Source of the DNA: Pseudomonadota bacterium | Lineage (GTDB): Bacteria > Desulfobacterota > Binatia > Binatales > Binataceae | DNA length: 64,000 nt | Assembly: GCA_021324455.1 (NCBI GenBank) | Contig: JAJPJA010000139.1 | Coordinates: forward strand, 6,207-70,206 | Direction of reading: 5' to 3' | Shown here: positions 19,755 through 28,352 of the stretch, in pieces | Numbering within the stretch: the stretch's first letter is position 1 | Layout of the letters: each line of letters begins with the position of its first letter | Position numbers and translations under genes: made by a program | Notes under the pieces: model-generated | What the model was told of the DNA's origin: nothing | Database searches by the model: none | The model's input: the letters and a program-made list of their open reading frames with translations, nothing else

Positions 19755-21008
19755 TCACCGATCGCATTCGCCGCCGATCATGTTGATCATGTCGAAGGTC
19801 GGAATGATATCGGCGAGCTGACGGCCGATGATCATCCGTGCCAGCGGATGCATATTGCAAAGACTGGGTCCGCGCACGCGGCATTTGTACGGTTTGCCGG
19901 TGCCGTCGCTCACCAGATAAAACCCGAACTCGCCGTTGCCGCCCTCGATGGCGAAATAGGCCTCGCCCGCCGGCATCAGCCCGTTCTCTTCCACCACCAG
20001 CATGAATTGATCGATCAGCTCCTCCATGCGGTTGAAAACCCGGTTTTTGCCGGGCCATCGAAAGCGCGGATCGTCGACGTCCACCGGACCGGGCTGGATC
20101 TGATCCAGGCATTGCAGCGCCATGCGGCGGCTCTGGCGAATTTCCTCGACGCGCACCAGGTAGCGGTCGAAATTGTCTCCATGTTCGCCCACCGGCACGT
20201 CGAAATCGAGCCGGTCATAGACCAGGTACGGCTCGACGCGGCGCAAATCCAGCGGCACCCCGGCGGCGCGCAGAACCGGGCCGGTTACTCCGTAAGCGAT
20301 AAGTTCAGCGGCTGAAAGTGTGCCGGTCCCCTCCATCCGCTCGCGGAATATCGGATTGCCGGTCAGCAGCTTCTCCGCGTCATGCAGCAGCTTCATGGCG
20401 CCGTCGAGCTTGCGGCGACAAAAATCCGCAAAGCCGTCGGGCAGGTCCGCCGCGACGCCGCCGATTCGAATATAATTGGTGGTCACCCGCGATCCGCACA
20501 GGGCGTCGAGCAGGTCCCAGACCAGCTCGCGGGCTTCGAGCAGATACAGAAACGGCGTCATCGCGGCCAATTCCAGGCACGAGGCGCCGATGCATAACAG
20601 GTGATCCGCGATTCGCGAGAGCTCGCCGGCAATCACCCGCACGTACCTGCATCGCTCCGTGATCGCGATGCCAGCAAGTTTCTCGACCGCCATGCAATAG
20701 CCGATGTTGCACAAAATCGGCGAACTATAATTCAATCGATCCGTATAGGGTATATTCTGATAGTAATATCCGCTCTCGCATTCCTTCTCGAATCCGCGAT
20801 GCAGATATCCCACCTGGACGTCGGCGTTGAGGATCTTCTCCCCCTCCAGCTCCAGCATGATGCGCACCGTGCCGTGCGTGGCGGGATGCGAGGGGCCGAA
20901 CTGCAGCCGCATCGGCGGCGTCGGCAGTTCGCCGGGTTCGGACGGCTCAATCCTGCCCGGTGCGCCCGATATATGGCCGGCGGGGGAGATGTCCGCCGGG
21001 TCCGACAT
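19755..21008 (-). CDS. nuoD: NADH-quinone oxidoreductase subunit D
   Basis: Motifs FGPSHPATHGTVR, GYLHRGFEK and C-terminal IGGECDR are present. The start is ambiguous (21041, 21008 or 20912). I chose 21008 from codon usage. It overlaps the nuoC 3' end out of frame. Confidence 0.9.
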   Translation of the reverse strand: MSDPADISPAGHISGAPGRIEPSEPGELPTPPMRLQFGPSHPATHGTVRIMLELEGEKILNADVQVGYLHRGFEKECESGYYYQNIPYTDRLNYSSPILCNIGYCMAVEKLAGIAITERCRYVRVIAGELSRIADHLLCIGASCLELAAMTPFLYLLEARELVWDLLDALCGSRVTTNYIRIGGVAADLPDGFADFCRRKLDGAMKLLHDAEKLLTGNPIFRERMEGTGTLSAAELIAYGVTGPVLRAAGVPLDLRRVEPYLVYDRLDFDVPVGEHGDNFDRYLVRVEEIRQSRRMALQCLDQIQPGPVDVDDPRFRWPGKNRVFNRMEELIDQFMLVVEENGLMPAGEAYFAIEGGNGEFGFYLVSDGTGKPYKCRVRGPSLCNMHPLARMIIGRQLADIIPTFDMINMIGGECDR

Positions 21009-21618
21009 ATTCCTGGATGGGCTGTTCTTCCTGTTTGCCATAGTCCTTTCTCAGTGGATGGCCGACGAATTCGTCGTAAAGAAAGATCCGCCGCAGGTCC
21101 GGATGCCCGCTGAAGCGGATCCCGTAAAGGTCGTAAGTCTCGCGTTCCAGCCAGTTGGCGCCGGGCCATATTCCGGTCACGGTCGGTATGGCGGGATCCT
21201 CTTCGGGCACGCGGCATTTGATTCGCAGCCGGTGGATGAGAGCGGTCGAAAGCAGATGATAAACCACGGCGAACCGCGGCAGCGGACCGCGCTCGGGCAT
21301 CGCCACCCGATGCCGCGAATGGCTGACCCGCCTTGCGATAGGCCGGTTCTGATCCATTATCGGCGCCTGAAAGCGAAAGCCGTCGGGCTGGCCGCAATAG
21401 TCAATCGCGGTGACATCGATTAGCATGTCGAAAGACAGTCCGGGCGAGTCGCGCAATATCTGCGCCGCCGCCGCTATATTTTCGCGCGCGACATGGATTC
21501 GATCGTCGCCGCGCTCGCGATGATATTCGATTACCAGCTCGCCGAGCGCCGCAAGCACCTTTTCCATCAGCGGCGGCGCTGGTTCGCGATCGGGCGGGGA
21601 ATCGTTTCTATCTTCCAT
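20947..21618 (-). CDS. nuoC: NADH-quinone oxidoreductase subunit C
   Basis: Motifs RFAVVYHLLS, WPGANWLERETYDLYGIRF and GHPLRKDY are present. GAGG lies 7 nt upstream of the ATG. It overlaps the nuoI stop by 11 nt. Confidence 0.85.
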   Translation of the reverse strand: MEDRNDSPPDREPAPPLMEKVLAALGELVIEYHRERGDDRIHVARENIAAAAQILRDSPGLSFDMLIDVTAIDYCGQPDGFRFQAPIMDQNRPIARRVSHSRHRVAMPERGPLPRFAVVYHLLSTALIHRLRIKCRVPEEDPAIPTVTGIWPGANWLERETYDLYGIRFSGHPDLRRIFLYDEFVGHPLRKDYGKQEEQPIQEYVGPGGHLPRRPYIGRTGQD

Positions 21619-22144
21619 ACTGCGACCTCAGGAAATCGATACGGGTCCTCAGCCGGGACTCGGGAACCAAAAGATCCTCCTTGTGCCACAACGAGCCGCC
21701 GCGCGAATAGGTGCTGATCTCGATCTGCCGGCTCATCACGATCGCTTCTTCAGGGCAGGCTTCCTCGCACAGGCCGCAGAACATGCAGCGGGTCATGTCG
21801 ATATCGAAAATTTCCGGATATCTTTCCACTTCGCTGTCGGTCTCGGCGGGGAATATGCAGATGCAGCTGGTCGGACAGGCCCATTCGCATAAACCGCACG
21901 CGACGCATCGCTCCCGGCCGTTCTCCATCTGCACCAGCACCGGCATTCCGCGCAGCGCCGGGGCGTGAAGAAAACGCTGCTCGGGGTAATAGACGGTAAA
22001 ATCCTGGCGTCCGCGGATAAAACCGAACAGGTTTGCGATCAGGTGGCGGGTGGTAACCCACAATCCCGCTATGATTGCCAGGCCGGAGCGCCAACTGGTT
22101 ATTTGCGGCGGCGGACGTAAAACTTTTTTGACCTGTACCGCCAT
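21608..22144 (-). CDS. nuoI: NADH-quinone oxidoreductase subunit I
   Basis: Two 4Fe-4S motifs, CVACGLCEWACP and CMFCGLCEEACP. The ATG lies 4 nt after the nuoG stop. Confidence 0.9.
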   Translation of the reverse strand: MAVQVKKVLRPPPQITSWRSGLAIIAGLWVTTRHLIANLFGFIRGRQDFTVYYPEQRFLHAPALRGMPVLVQMENGRERCVACGLCEWACPTSCICIFPAETDSEVERYPEIFDIDMTRCMFCGLCEEACPEEAIVMSRQIEISTYSRGGSLWHKEDLLVPESRLRTRIDFLRSQYGR

Positions 22145-22148
22145 AATT

Positions 22149-23768
22149 CTAAGAAGGAGCCGTGTGAACTGTCTGCGGCCCAATGTTCTCCGGGTCAACC
22201 AGCGGAGCTCCCAAAGTGCCAAGCCGATCCAGCGACAGACCCGCAAAGCGCGGATTACCCGCAGCGATTTGCGACCAGACCGCCTCGGGACTGAAACGCT
22301 CGGCGCGGGACTCGATACGGTTGAGCAATTGCGTGAAAATCTCGCCGTCCGACATCCATCCGGGCGGCGGATCGACCGCGACCGCAATGCGCTGGGCGCG
22401 GCCCGCGTGGTTTACGAACACTCCATTTTTCTCGGCGAATGAGGTGGCGGGAAACGCGACGGCGGCGCGGGCGTATTCGGGAATCTGCCGCAGCGTCTGC
22501 ACCGCCACAAACTCCAGCGGCTGCAACAGCGCCGCGGTTTGCTCAGCGCCGATGACGCGCAGGAGATCCTCTCCGCACACGTAGAGAGCTTTGATGCGGC
22601 CGGCCCGCACCGATTGGAGCAGCGAGTTCAAACCGTCGTCCTCGCCGCTGACCAGACCCAATTCGCGCACGCCGCGCGCGTTGGCCGCCTTTTCCGCCTT
22701 GATCAGAAAATTATCGGCCGCTCCGCGCGGCACCGCCATCGCGAGCTTCTCCGCGCCCAACGCGCGCAGAAGCTCGCCGAAGCGGAAGTTCTCCTCGGTC
22801 GTAAGATGAGGCGAGATCAGCGCGCCGATTGCGGATCCGCCCCAGGTATCGCGCACGCGGATGAGGCCGCCGGCGGCGCGTTCCAGAGCTTCGGACCAGG
22901 TCGCGGCGGACGGCGCGCCGCTTTCATTGATCAGCGGATGCCGCAGGCGGGGACGGTTGACGAAGCGGTAACCAAGCCGTCCGCTGTCGCACATCCAGGT
23001 GTCGTTGACGGCATCATTGCGGCGCGGAAACAGCCGCCAGATTTGACCGTAGCATTCGTCCACCATGATATTGCAGCCATTGGAACAGCCCGGACAGACG
23101 CTCGCGGTCTGGGTAAAGAACCAGACCCGCAGCCGATGATGAAAGTCCCTGGTCTCCAGGGCCCCCACCGGACAGATGTCCGCGGTACACATTGAATAGG
23201 GATTGTCCAGGCGGGAATCGCCGATATCCAGTACGGAGCGATGGCCGCGATTGAATATAAGCAGTTCTCCGGTTTTGGTAATCTCGCGGCAAAAGCGCAC
23301 GCAGCGGCGGCATAAAATACATCGCTCCTGATCGAGCAGCATCCGCTCGCCGATGTCCAGGCGCTTGCCGAGCTTGCGGCGCGGCATGACGCTGCGCCCC
23401 CGGCGGCTGCCGAAGCGCACCGAGTAATTCTGCAGCCAGCATTCGCCGGCCTTGTCGCAGATTGGACAATCCAGCGGATGATTGAGCAGCAGCAATTCGA
23501 GCACGCCGCGGCGCGTCTGCGCGGCCTCTTCATCGTCGGTATGCACGAGCATGCCGGCACGCACCTGCGTATTGCACGCGATCTGCAACTTCGGCATCCC
23601 TTCGATTTTGACCGCGCACAGCCGGCAGCTCCCGTCGATGGAAAGCTTCGGGTGGTAGCAGTAATGGGGAACATCGATTCCCGCATCGAGCATCGCCTGC
23701 AGCAGCGGCACGCCCTCAGGCGCGGCTATGGTTCGCCCATCGACGACTATCTGAACGATATTTTCCAT
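22149..23768 (-). CDS. nuoG: NADH-quinone oxidoreductase subunit G (short form)
   Basis: N-terminal 2Fe-2S motif (CYHPKLSIDGSCRLC...C), HPLDCPICDKAGEC, CILCRRCVRFC...CPVGA and CPGCSNGC are present, followed by a short molybdopterin-like region. The ATG lies 2 nt after the nuoB stop. Confidence 0.85.
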   Translation of the reverse strand: MENIVQIVVDGRTIAAPEGVPLLQAMLDAGIDVPHYCYHPKLSIDGSCRLCAVKIEGMPKLQIACNTQVRAGMLVHTDDEEAAQTRRGVLELLLLNHPLDCPICDKAGECWLQNYSVRFGSRRGRSVMPRRKLGKRLDIGERMLLDQERCILCRRCVRFCREITKTGELLIFNRGHRSVLDIGDSRLDNPYSMCTADICPVGALETRDFHHRLRVWFFTQTASVCPGCSNGCNIMVDECYGQIWRLFPRRNDAVNDTWMCDSGRLGYRFVNRPRLRHPLINESGAPSAATWSEALERAAGGLIRVRDTWGGSAIGALISPHLTTEENFRFGELLRALGAEKLAMAVPRGAADNFLIKAEKAANARGVRELGLVSGEDDGLNSLLQSVRAGRIKALYVCGEDLLRVIGAEQTAALLQPLEFVAVQTLRQIPEYARAAVAFPATSFAEKNGVFVNHAGRAQRIAVAVDPPPGWMSDGEIFTQLLNRIESRAERFSPEAVWSQIAAGNPRFAGLSLDRLGTLGAPLVDPENIGPQTVHTAPS

Positions 23769-23770
23769 CT

Positions 23771-24361
23771 TCAGGTCAGCTTGCGGCCGCTGCCGTGTAT
23801 CAATTGCCACGGCTTGCCGGGCCTTTCGTTCTGGACCCGGTGCTGCAGCTTGATCAGTCCGTCGAGCACCGCTTCGGGACGCGGCGGGCATCCGGGTATA
23901 TAGATGTGCACCGGCACGATGCGATCGATACCCTGGAGCACGGCGTAATTGTCATACGGTCCGCCCGAGCTGGTACAGGCGCCGAAGGATACGACCCATT
24001 TGGGTTCGGTCATCTGGTCGTAGACGCGCCGCAAAACGGGCGCGAGGCGCTGGGTAATTGTTCCGACCACGAACAGCAAATCAGCCTGGCGCGGGGTGAA
24101 GCGGGGCAGAGCAGCGCCGAACCGATCGATGTCATAGCGGGGGCCGGCCACCGAGAAATACTCCATCCCGCAGCACGCGGTCACGAAAGGATAAGGAAAG
24201 AACGAATACTTGCGCGCCCACTGGACCGCGTCCTTAAGCCGGGTCACAACAAAGCTGTCGGGGAACGCGTCGGCCTCATTCGCCGCGCCCGGACCCGCAT
24301 GGCGTCCGCTGACGAGATAGGCGGAAATCCGTTTGCGTCGGTGTTCGCTTTGCTCACTCAT
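23771..24361 (-). CDS. nuoB: NADH-quinone oxidoreductase subunit B (divergent)
   Basis: GAGGTGA upstream of the ATG. N2 cluster ligands are present: tandem CC in TACCGMEY, then FGACTSSGG and IPGCPPRPEA. Confidence 0.85.
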   Translation of the reverse strand: MSEQSEHRRKRISAYLVSGRHAGPGAANEADAFPDSFVVTRLKDAVQWARKYSFFPYPFVTACCGMEYFSVAGPRYDIDRFGAALPRFTPRQADLLFVVGTITQRLAPVLRRVYDQMTEPKWVVSFGACTSSGGPYDNYAVLQGIDRIVPVHIYIPGCPPRPEAVLDGLIKLQHRVQNERPGKPWQLIHGSGRKLT

Positions 24362-24575
24362 GATTTCACCTCGCAATACGAAGCGGCCGCGATCCGGAGG
24401 CTTTGGCGCATGACGCGCAACCGTGTCATCCCACGGGCATGATGCAGAGATGTTGGTCATTCGCCGGGGGCCGCCGCACGGCGCATCGGCGAGGGTCGGA
24501 ACCTCGCCTGCTATAGTAACAGATGCGGCGGCGGCAGCGCTCGATTTGATTTCTTCCGCGCCGGCCAAAGCGGAA

Positions 24576-24941
24576 CTAATCCGGGTCGCGCAAGCCGGCT
24601 TCGAGCACCTCCTTGAGCACCACCGCCTGGTTGTGTTGCTCGTCCTTCGCGCTGTACACGAGCGTGAGCTTTCCCTGGCGGGCGATCCGGCGCAACTGAT
24701 CCAGCAACGCTTGCGCTTCGGGGCGTTTGAGCTCCTTGCGGTAGCGGCGGCAAAACTCGATCCAGCGATCGGGGTCGTGGCCGAAAAAGCGGCGCAGTTC
24801 GTTGCTGGGACCGAGCTCGCGCATCCATTGATGAACCTGCAGGTCCTGCTTTCTGACTCCGCGCGGCCACAGCCGGTCGACCAGGATGCGCGTGCCGTCA
24901 TCGCGCCCGCGCGGCAGGTATGCGCGCTTGATTGCGATCAT
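24576..24941 (-). CDS. DUF488-family protein
   Basis: 121 aa. The IAIKRAY...DRLWPRG...FCRRYRKEL pattern is typical of DUF488 (YeaO-like). Confidence 0.75.
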   Translation of the reverse strand: MIAIKRAYLPRGRDDGTRILVDRLWPRGVRKQDLQVHQWMRELGPSNELRRFFGHDPDRWIEFCRRYRKELKRPEAQALLDQLRRIARQGKLTLVYSAKDEQHNQAVVLKEVLEAGLRDPD

Positions 24942-24989
24942 GGGTTCGGCCCAAAAAAATATGGTTTTCGAGGCCGGCGAGCGGAATGC

Positions 24990-27074
24990 TTAAGGCGCAG
25001 GTGCGCCGGCCATCAACTTATCGAGCAATTCCGGCTCGACCGGTTTGGCCACAATGGCATCAACCCAGCGGCGGCGGGGATCGTTGGCATGAATCTCCTG
25101 CGCCCAGCCGGTAAATAGAAAAAAAAGCGGGGGATCGGAGCGCGATTTCACCCGGCGAGCGATATCCCATCCGTTTATCTCCGGCATCCCGAGATCGCAG
25201 AATACCACATCCACGGGGCATTCGCTGTGCATCAGCTCCTTGAGCGCGACCGCTCCGGAGCTGGCGCCGGAGACGCGATGCCCGCGCGCTTCCAGAAATC
25301 CCTTGAGCGCGTCGAGATTGGCGCGGTCGTCATCTATCACCATAACCCGGCGCGGCCGGATTTGCGCCTGCGACACGGGGGTGTTGTCCCGCCCAATGTC
25401 GCGCTGACTCAGCGGGAAGCGCAGGGTGAAGATCGCGCCGCCTTCAGCGCGATTGCCGGCGCTGATACTGCCGCCCAGCCGCGCCATCGCACCATAGGCG
25501 ACCGCCAATCCCAGACCGCTGCCGCGCTCGCCCTTGGTGGTGAAAAAAGGATCGAATATCCGATTGAGGTTTTCGGGCGGAATACCGCAGCCCTCGTCCT
25601 CAACCGTTACCACCACGCCATTGTCCGCGGCCTTAGCGGCGATGCGCACGGCACCGCCGCGCGGCATCGCATCATGAGCGTTCAACAAAAGATTAACGAA
25701 AATCTGCCGCAGCTCGACCGGTTCACCGAGCACCGCGGGCAAGCCGGGCAAATCCACGACAATCCTGATGCGCCCGCCGAAGACCGAGGTTTTCTCCTCC
25801 AGCGTGCTGTGAACCATCTCGACCGATTGATCTATGACGGTCTTCAGATCGACGGCGGCAACCGGACGATCGTGGCGGCGGCGGGCGAAATCCTGCAGCC
25901 GTCCGATTGTGGCGCTGGCGTCGCCGACAATACGCGACAGCAGTCCCAGCCGTTCGCGATATCGGTCGGGAAACTGCTGCTCACCGCACAGCAGTTCAAG
26001 GTGCAGGCGCAGGGCATTGAGGCTGTTATTCAGGTCGTGCGCGATGCCGGAGGCCAGTTCGCCCACGGCAGTCAGTCGTTCCTGATTGGCCATCGCCTCG
26101 CGATTGCGCCGCAGTTCCTCCTCGGCCGCCACTCGATCGGTAACGTCCTGTCCGACCGCCAGCACGCAGGGCTGTCCGTCGATCTGAAGCGTACTCCACG
26201 AGCATACGGTATGGATGACGTTGCCCTGGCGCCCGCGCCAGACCACCGGAGTCTGACTTGAACCAGCGCCTCCGTCCTTCAGCGACTCAATCCACTTCAT
26301 GTATTGGCGCGGATCCGGCCATGCGTCCAGATCGGTCAACAGCCGCCCGATCGCGTCGCGCCGAGAGTATCCAAAAATCGCCTCCCAGGCGGGGTTCACA
26401 TCGACTATATGCCCGTCGATCAGAGAGTAGATGCCGATCCAGGAACCGCTGGTCTCAAAGATCTGGCGGAATTTCGATTCGCTGCGGACCAACGCGCCGA
26501 GGTAAAGCTGGATGCTCTCACGCTGGCGGGTAAGCACTTCATTAACCAGATGCGCCCCGAGAATTGCCGCCACCATCGCCGAAAGCCCGGAAACCACCAG
26601 GCTGTCGCGCCATTCCAGTTGGCTGGCCAAAGCGGTGCCGAAAACAATGCAGATCGCGCTCATCCCGGCCTGCCAGCGCGTTTCCCACGGAAGACAGGTT
26701 CCGCCCACCGGCAGAAGAACCAGCAGGAACAGAAAGGGAGCCGGCGACGCGCCCTTTATCGACAGCAGACCCGAACTGAGTATCAGCAGGGTCGCGAAAA
26801 TCAACGTCGCCGGCTTCCATATCCGCAGGAAATTCGCGGACCATGTCGCGATCAGCAGCGCCACCGTGCAAGCTAGCCAGATGGCCTGGATCAGGATTGT
26901 CAACCAGTCAGGCCGGCGTAGGATTACGGTCTGGTAAACCGGCAGGATCAGTTCCGCGATCAGACTGACGGCGGCGGCCAGGCGCAGACGGATAATTGCT
27001 TCCTGGTCCGGAGAGGAAGGCCGCGACCACCTCAGAACCTCCCCCGGTGCTGATTTGGAGCTGCGAAACGGCAC
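24990..27074 (-). CDS. hybrid sensor histidine kinase (multi-TM, PAS, HisKA, HATPase, receiver)
   Basis: H-box SGIAHDLNNSL, N-box NLLLNAHDAM, G-boxes DEGCGI and GSGLGLA, and a C-terminal REC domain (VMVIDDD...CDLGMPEINGWD). The start is uncertain. I chose GTG at 27074, 6 nt after GAGG. Confidence 0.85.
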   Translation of the reverse strand: MPFRSSKSAPGEVLRWSRPSSPDQEAIIRLRLAAAVSLIAELILPVYQTVILRRPDWLTILIQAIWLACTVALLIATWSANFLRIWKPATLIFATLLILSSGLLSIKGASPAPFLFLLVLLPVGGTCLPWETRWQAGMSAICIVFGTALASQLEWRDSLVVSGLSAMVAAILGAHLVNEVLTRQRESIQLYLGALVRSESKFRQIFETSGSWIGIYSLIDGHIVDVNPAWEAIFGYSRRDAIGRLLTDLDAWPDPRQYMKWIESLKDGGAGSSQTPVVWRGRQGNVIHTVCSWSTLQIDGQPCVLAVGQDVTDRVAAEEELRRNREAMANQERLTAVGELASGIAHDLNNSLNALRLHLELLCGEQQFPDRYRERLGLLSRIVGDASATIGRLQDFARRRHDRPVAAVDLKTVIDQSVEMVHSTLEEKTSVFGGRIRIVVDLPGLPAVLGEPVELRQIFVNLLLNAHDAMPRGGAVRIAAKAADNGVVVTVEDEGCGIPPENLNRIFDPFFTTKGERGSGLGLAVAYGAMARLGGSISAGNRAEGGAIFTLRFPLSQRDIGRDNTPVSQAQIRPRRVMVIDDDRANLDALKGFLEARGHRVSGASSGAVALKELMHSECPVDVVFCDLGMPEINGWDIARRVKSRSDPPLFFLFTGWAQEIHANDPRRRWVDAIVAKPVEPELLDKLMAGAPAP

Positions 27075-27378
27075 CAAACACCTCTGACTACATCGACGCC
27101 TTACGCCGCTGCCGCATACGCAAGGCGGGGGCAAGCGGGAATCGTACTACGATGCCTGCGGATTTTAAATCGAAATGAGGCGGCGGGAAAAATTGCGGAA
27201 ATCGATCGCATCCATCCCTCGGCTACCGTCGCCGCCAATCTCATCGCTCCCCTGGTGGTGATTCACGAGGGCGCCGCAATCAGGTGCTGGCCGCCAAGGA
27301 AAAGAGCGACGCAGAAAATCGTCGCGAACGCCGACCGCCTCAGGCCGCTTGCCTGATTTCGCCTAAATGTTAATTCTC

Positions 27379-27407
27379 TTGACACGAAGTAAGTCAAGAG
27401 AGTAGGA
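27379..27407 (+). promoter_or_regulatory. candidate -35 box (TTGACA) embedded in a 9-bp inverted repeat upstream of CDS 27470
   Basis: TTGACA lies at 27379-27384. The inverted repeat TCTCTTGAC-N9-GTCAAGAGA spans 27375-27401 in an AT-rich stretch. The -10 candidate (TAGGAA) is weak. Confidence 0.3.
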
Positions 27408-27469
27408 AATCCGGCAGAATTTTAAACTTACGTTGGCATTTAAGAACCTGAAACAAAGATGAGGATGCA

Positions 27470-28135
27470 ATGAGAAGATTCGGAATGTCAGGTTTACCCG
27501 GATTCCTGATGCTGGCTGTGATGTGCGGCGGGCTCGCGGCTTCGGCTCAGGTATCCAGCGCAGCGGAAAGACTGACCGTCTGTTTTGGCGACTTCGCCCT
27601 GTGCGCGGCGTCAACCTGCACCCCCGACGGAAAGAAGATCGCCGTCAATGGCACCGATACGCTGTTCGACGAAGCACAGTGCACCTGTCCGATTCTGAAT
27701 GGCCCCAATATCGCCGACGTGAACGGCGGCAATATGCAGGGCAGCTGCGCTCCCCCTCCGACGTCCGGCGGCATCTGGTCGACCTATTCGTTTCAGTCGC
27801 ACATTCCACAAGCCATTAATGACTGGAAGAAACACGGCGACAAAGCGGCGTCACCCGGCTATGTTTGCCCAGCGAACCTGACCAACAACTACCAGTTCAC
27901 CAACTGTTTCAGTTTTGCCTGCCAGCGGGCCGGCAAAATCCACGGCGTTCCCGTCGCCACCTGCTATTGCCCTATCCAGGAGTTCGACGGCGGCCCGGTG
28001 GATCCGGGGACCCCGTTCACCACTCAAGCCGGACAGTGTAACGAATCGATATGCTCCCAATACCCGGTCGGCGGCGTCTTCAATTTTGACGATCTCGCTC
28101 CGGGAGAGTGCCTGGAGCCGCCTTCGGACAGCTGA
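27470..28135 (+). CDS. secreted cysteine-rich protein of unknown function
   Basis: GAGGA lies 4 nt upstream of the ATG. A signal peptide is followed by about 16 Cys residues with a repeated C-F-x-F-A-x-C ... C-x-C-P-I pattern. No family recognised. Confidence 0.65.
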   Translation: MRRFGMSGLPGFLMLAVMCGGLAASAQVSSAAERLTVCFGDFALCAASTCTPDGKKIAVNGTDTLFDEAQCTCPILNGPNIADVNGGNMQGSCAPPPTSGGIWSTYSFQSHIPQAINDWKKHGDKAASPGYVCPANLTNNYQFTNCFSFACQRAGKIHGVPVATCYCPIQEFDGGPVDPGTPFTTQAGQCNESICSQYPVGGVFNFDDLAPGECLEPPSDS

Positions 28136-28152
28136 TTGAAGGCTTGACCTGC

Positions 28153-28177
28153 GGCGGGGTGCCGCCGGCACCCCGCC
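28153..28177 (+). terminator. GC-rich hairpin downstream of CDS 27470-28135
   Basis: 11-bp perfect stem (GGCGGGGTGCC / GGCACCCCGCC) with a 3-nt loop, 18 nt after the stop. Only a short T run follows. Confidence 0.45.
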
Positions 28178-28224
28178 CTGATGTTTCGAAAGTTCCTTGA
28201 ACGATTGTCATCCCGAGGCGCCGC

Positions 28225-28301
28225 GAAGCGGGGAATAACGCGAGGCGATTTGCCTGGGCCGGATGGCGGAAATAATCGCCTCGCGTTGATTTCCCCGCTT
28301 C
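28225..28301. repeat. long imperfect inverted repeat (14 + 11 bp stem, 23-nt loop) between convergent genes
   Basis: 28237-28250 pairs perfectly with 28274-28287, and 28225-28235 pairs perfectly with 28291-28301. The two stems are separated by a 1/3-nt internal loop. Confidence 0.85.
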
Positions 28302-28352
28302 CCTGACGCTCTCAGCCGGCTGCCGCTCGGGCGCGGTGCGCATCATCCATCA

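Noticed and set aside
27374-27385. Exact 12-mer TTCTCTTGACAC shared with 55649-55660, upstream of two orphan secreted-protein genes, considered as a shared regulatory motif
   Set aside because: By the rough estimate N^2/4^12, on the order of a hundred exact 12-mer coincidences are expected by chance in a 64-kb window read on two strands. The similarity does not extend beyond the 12-mer. It is kept only as two independent -35 candidates.
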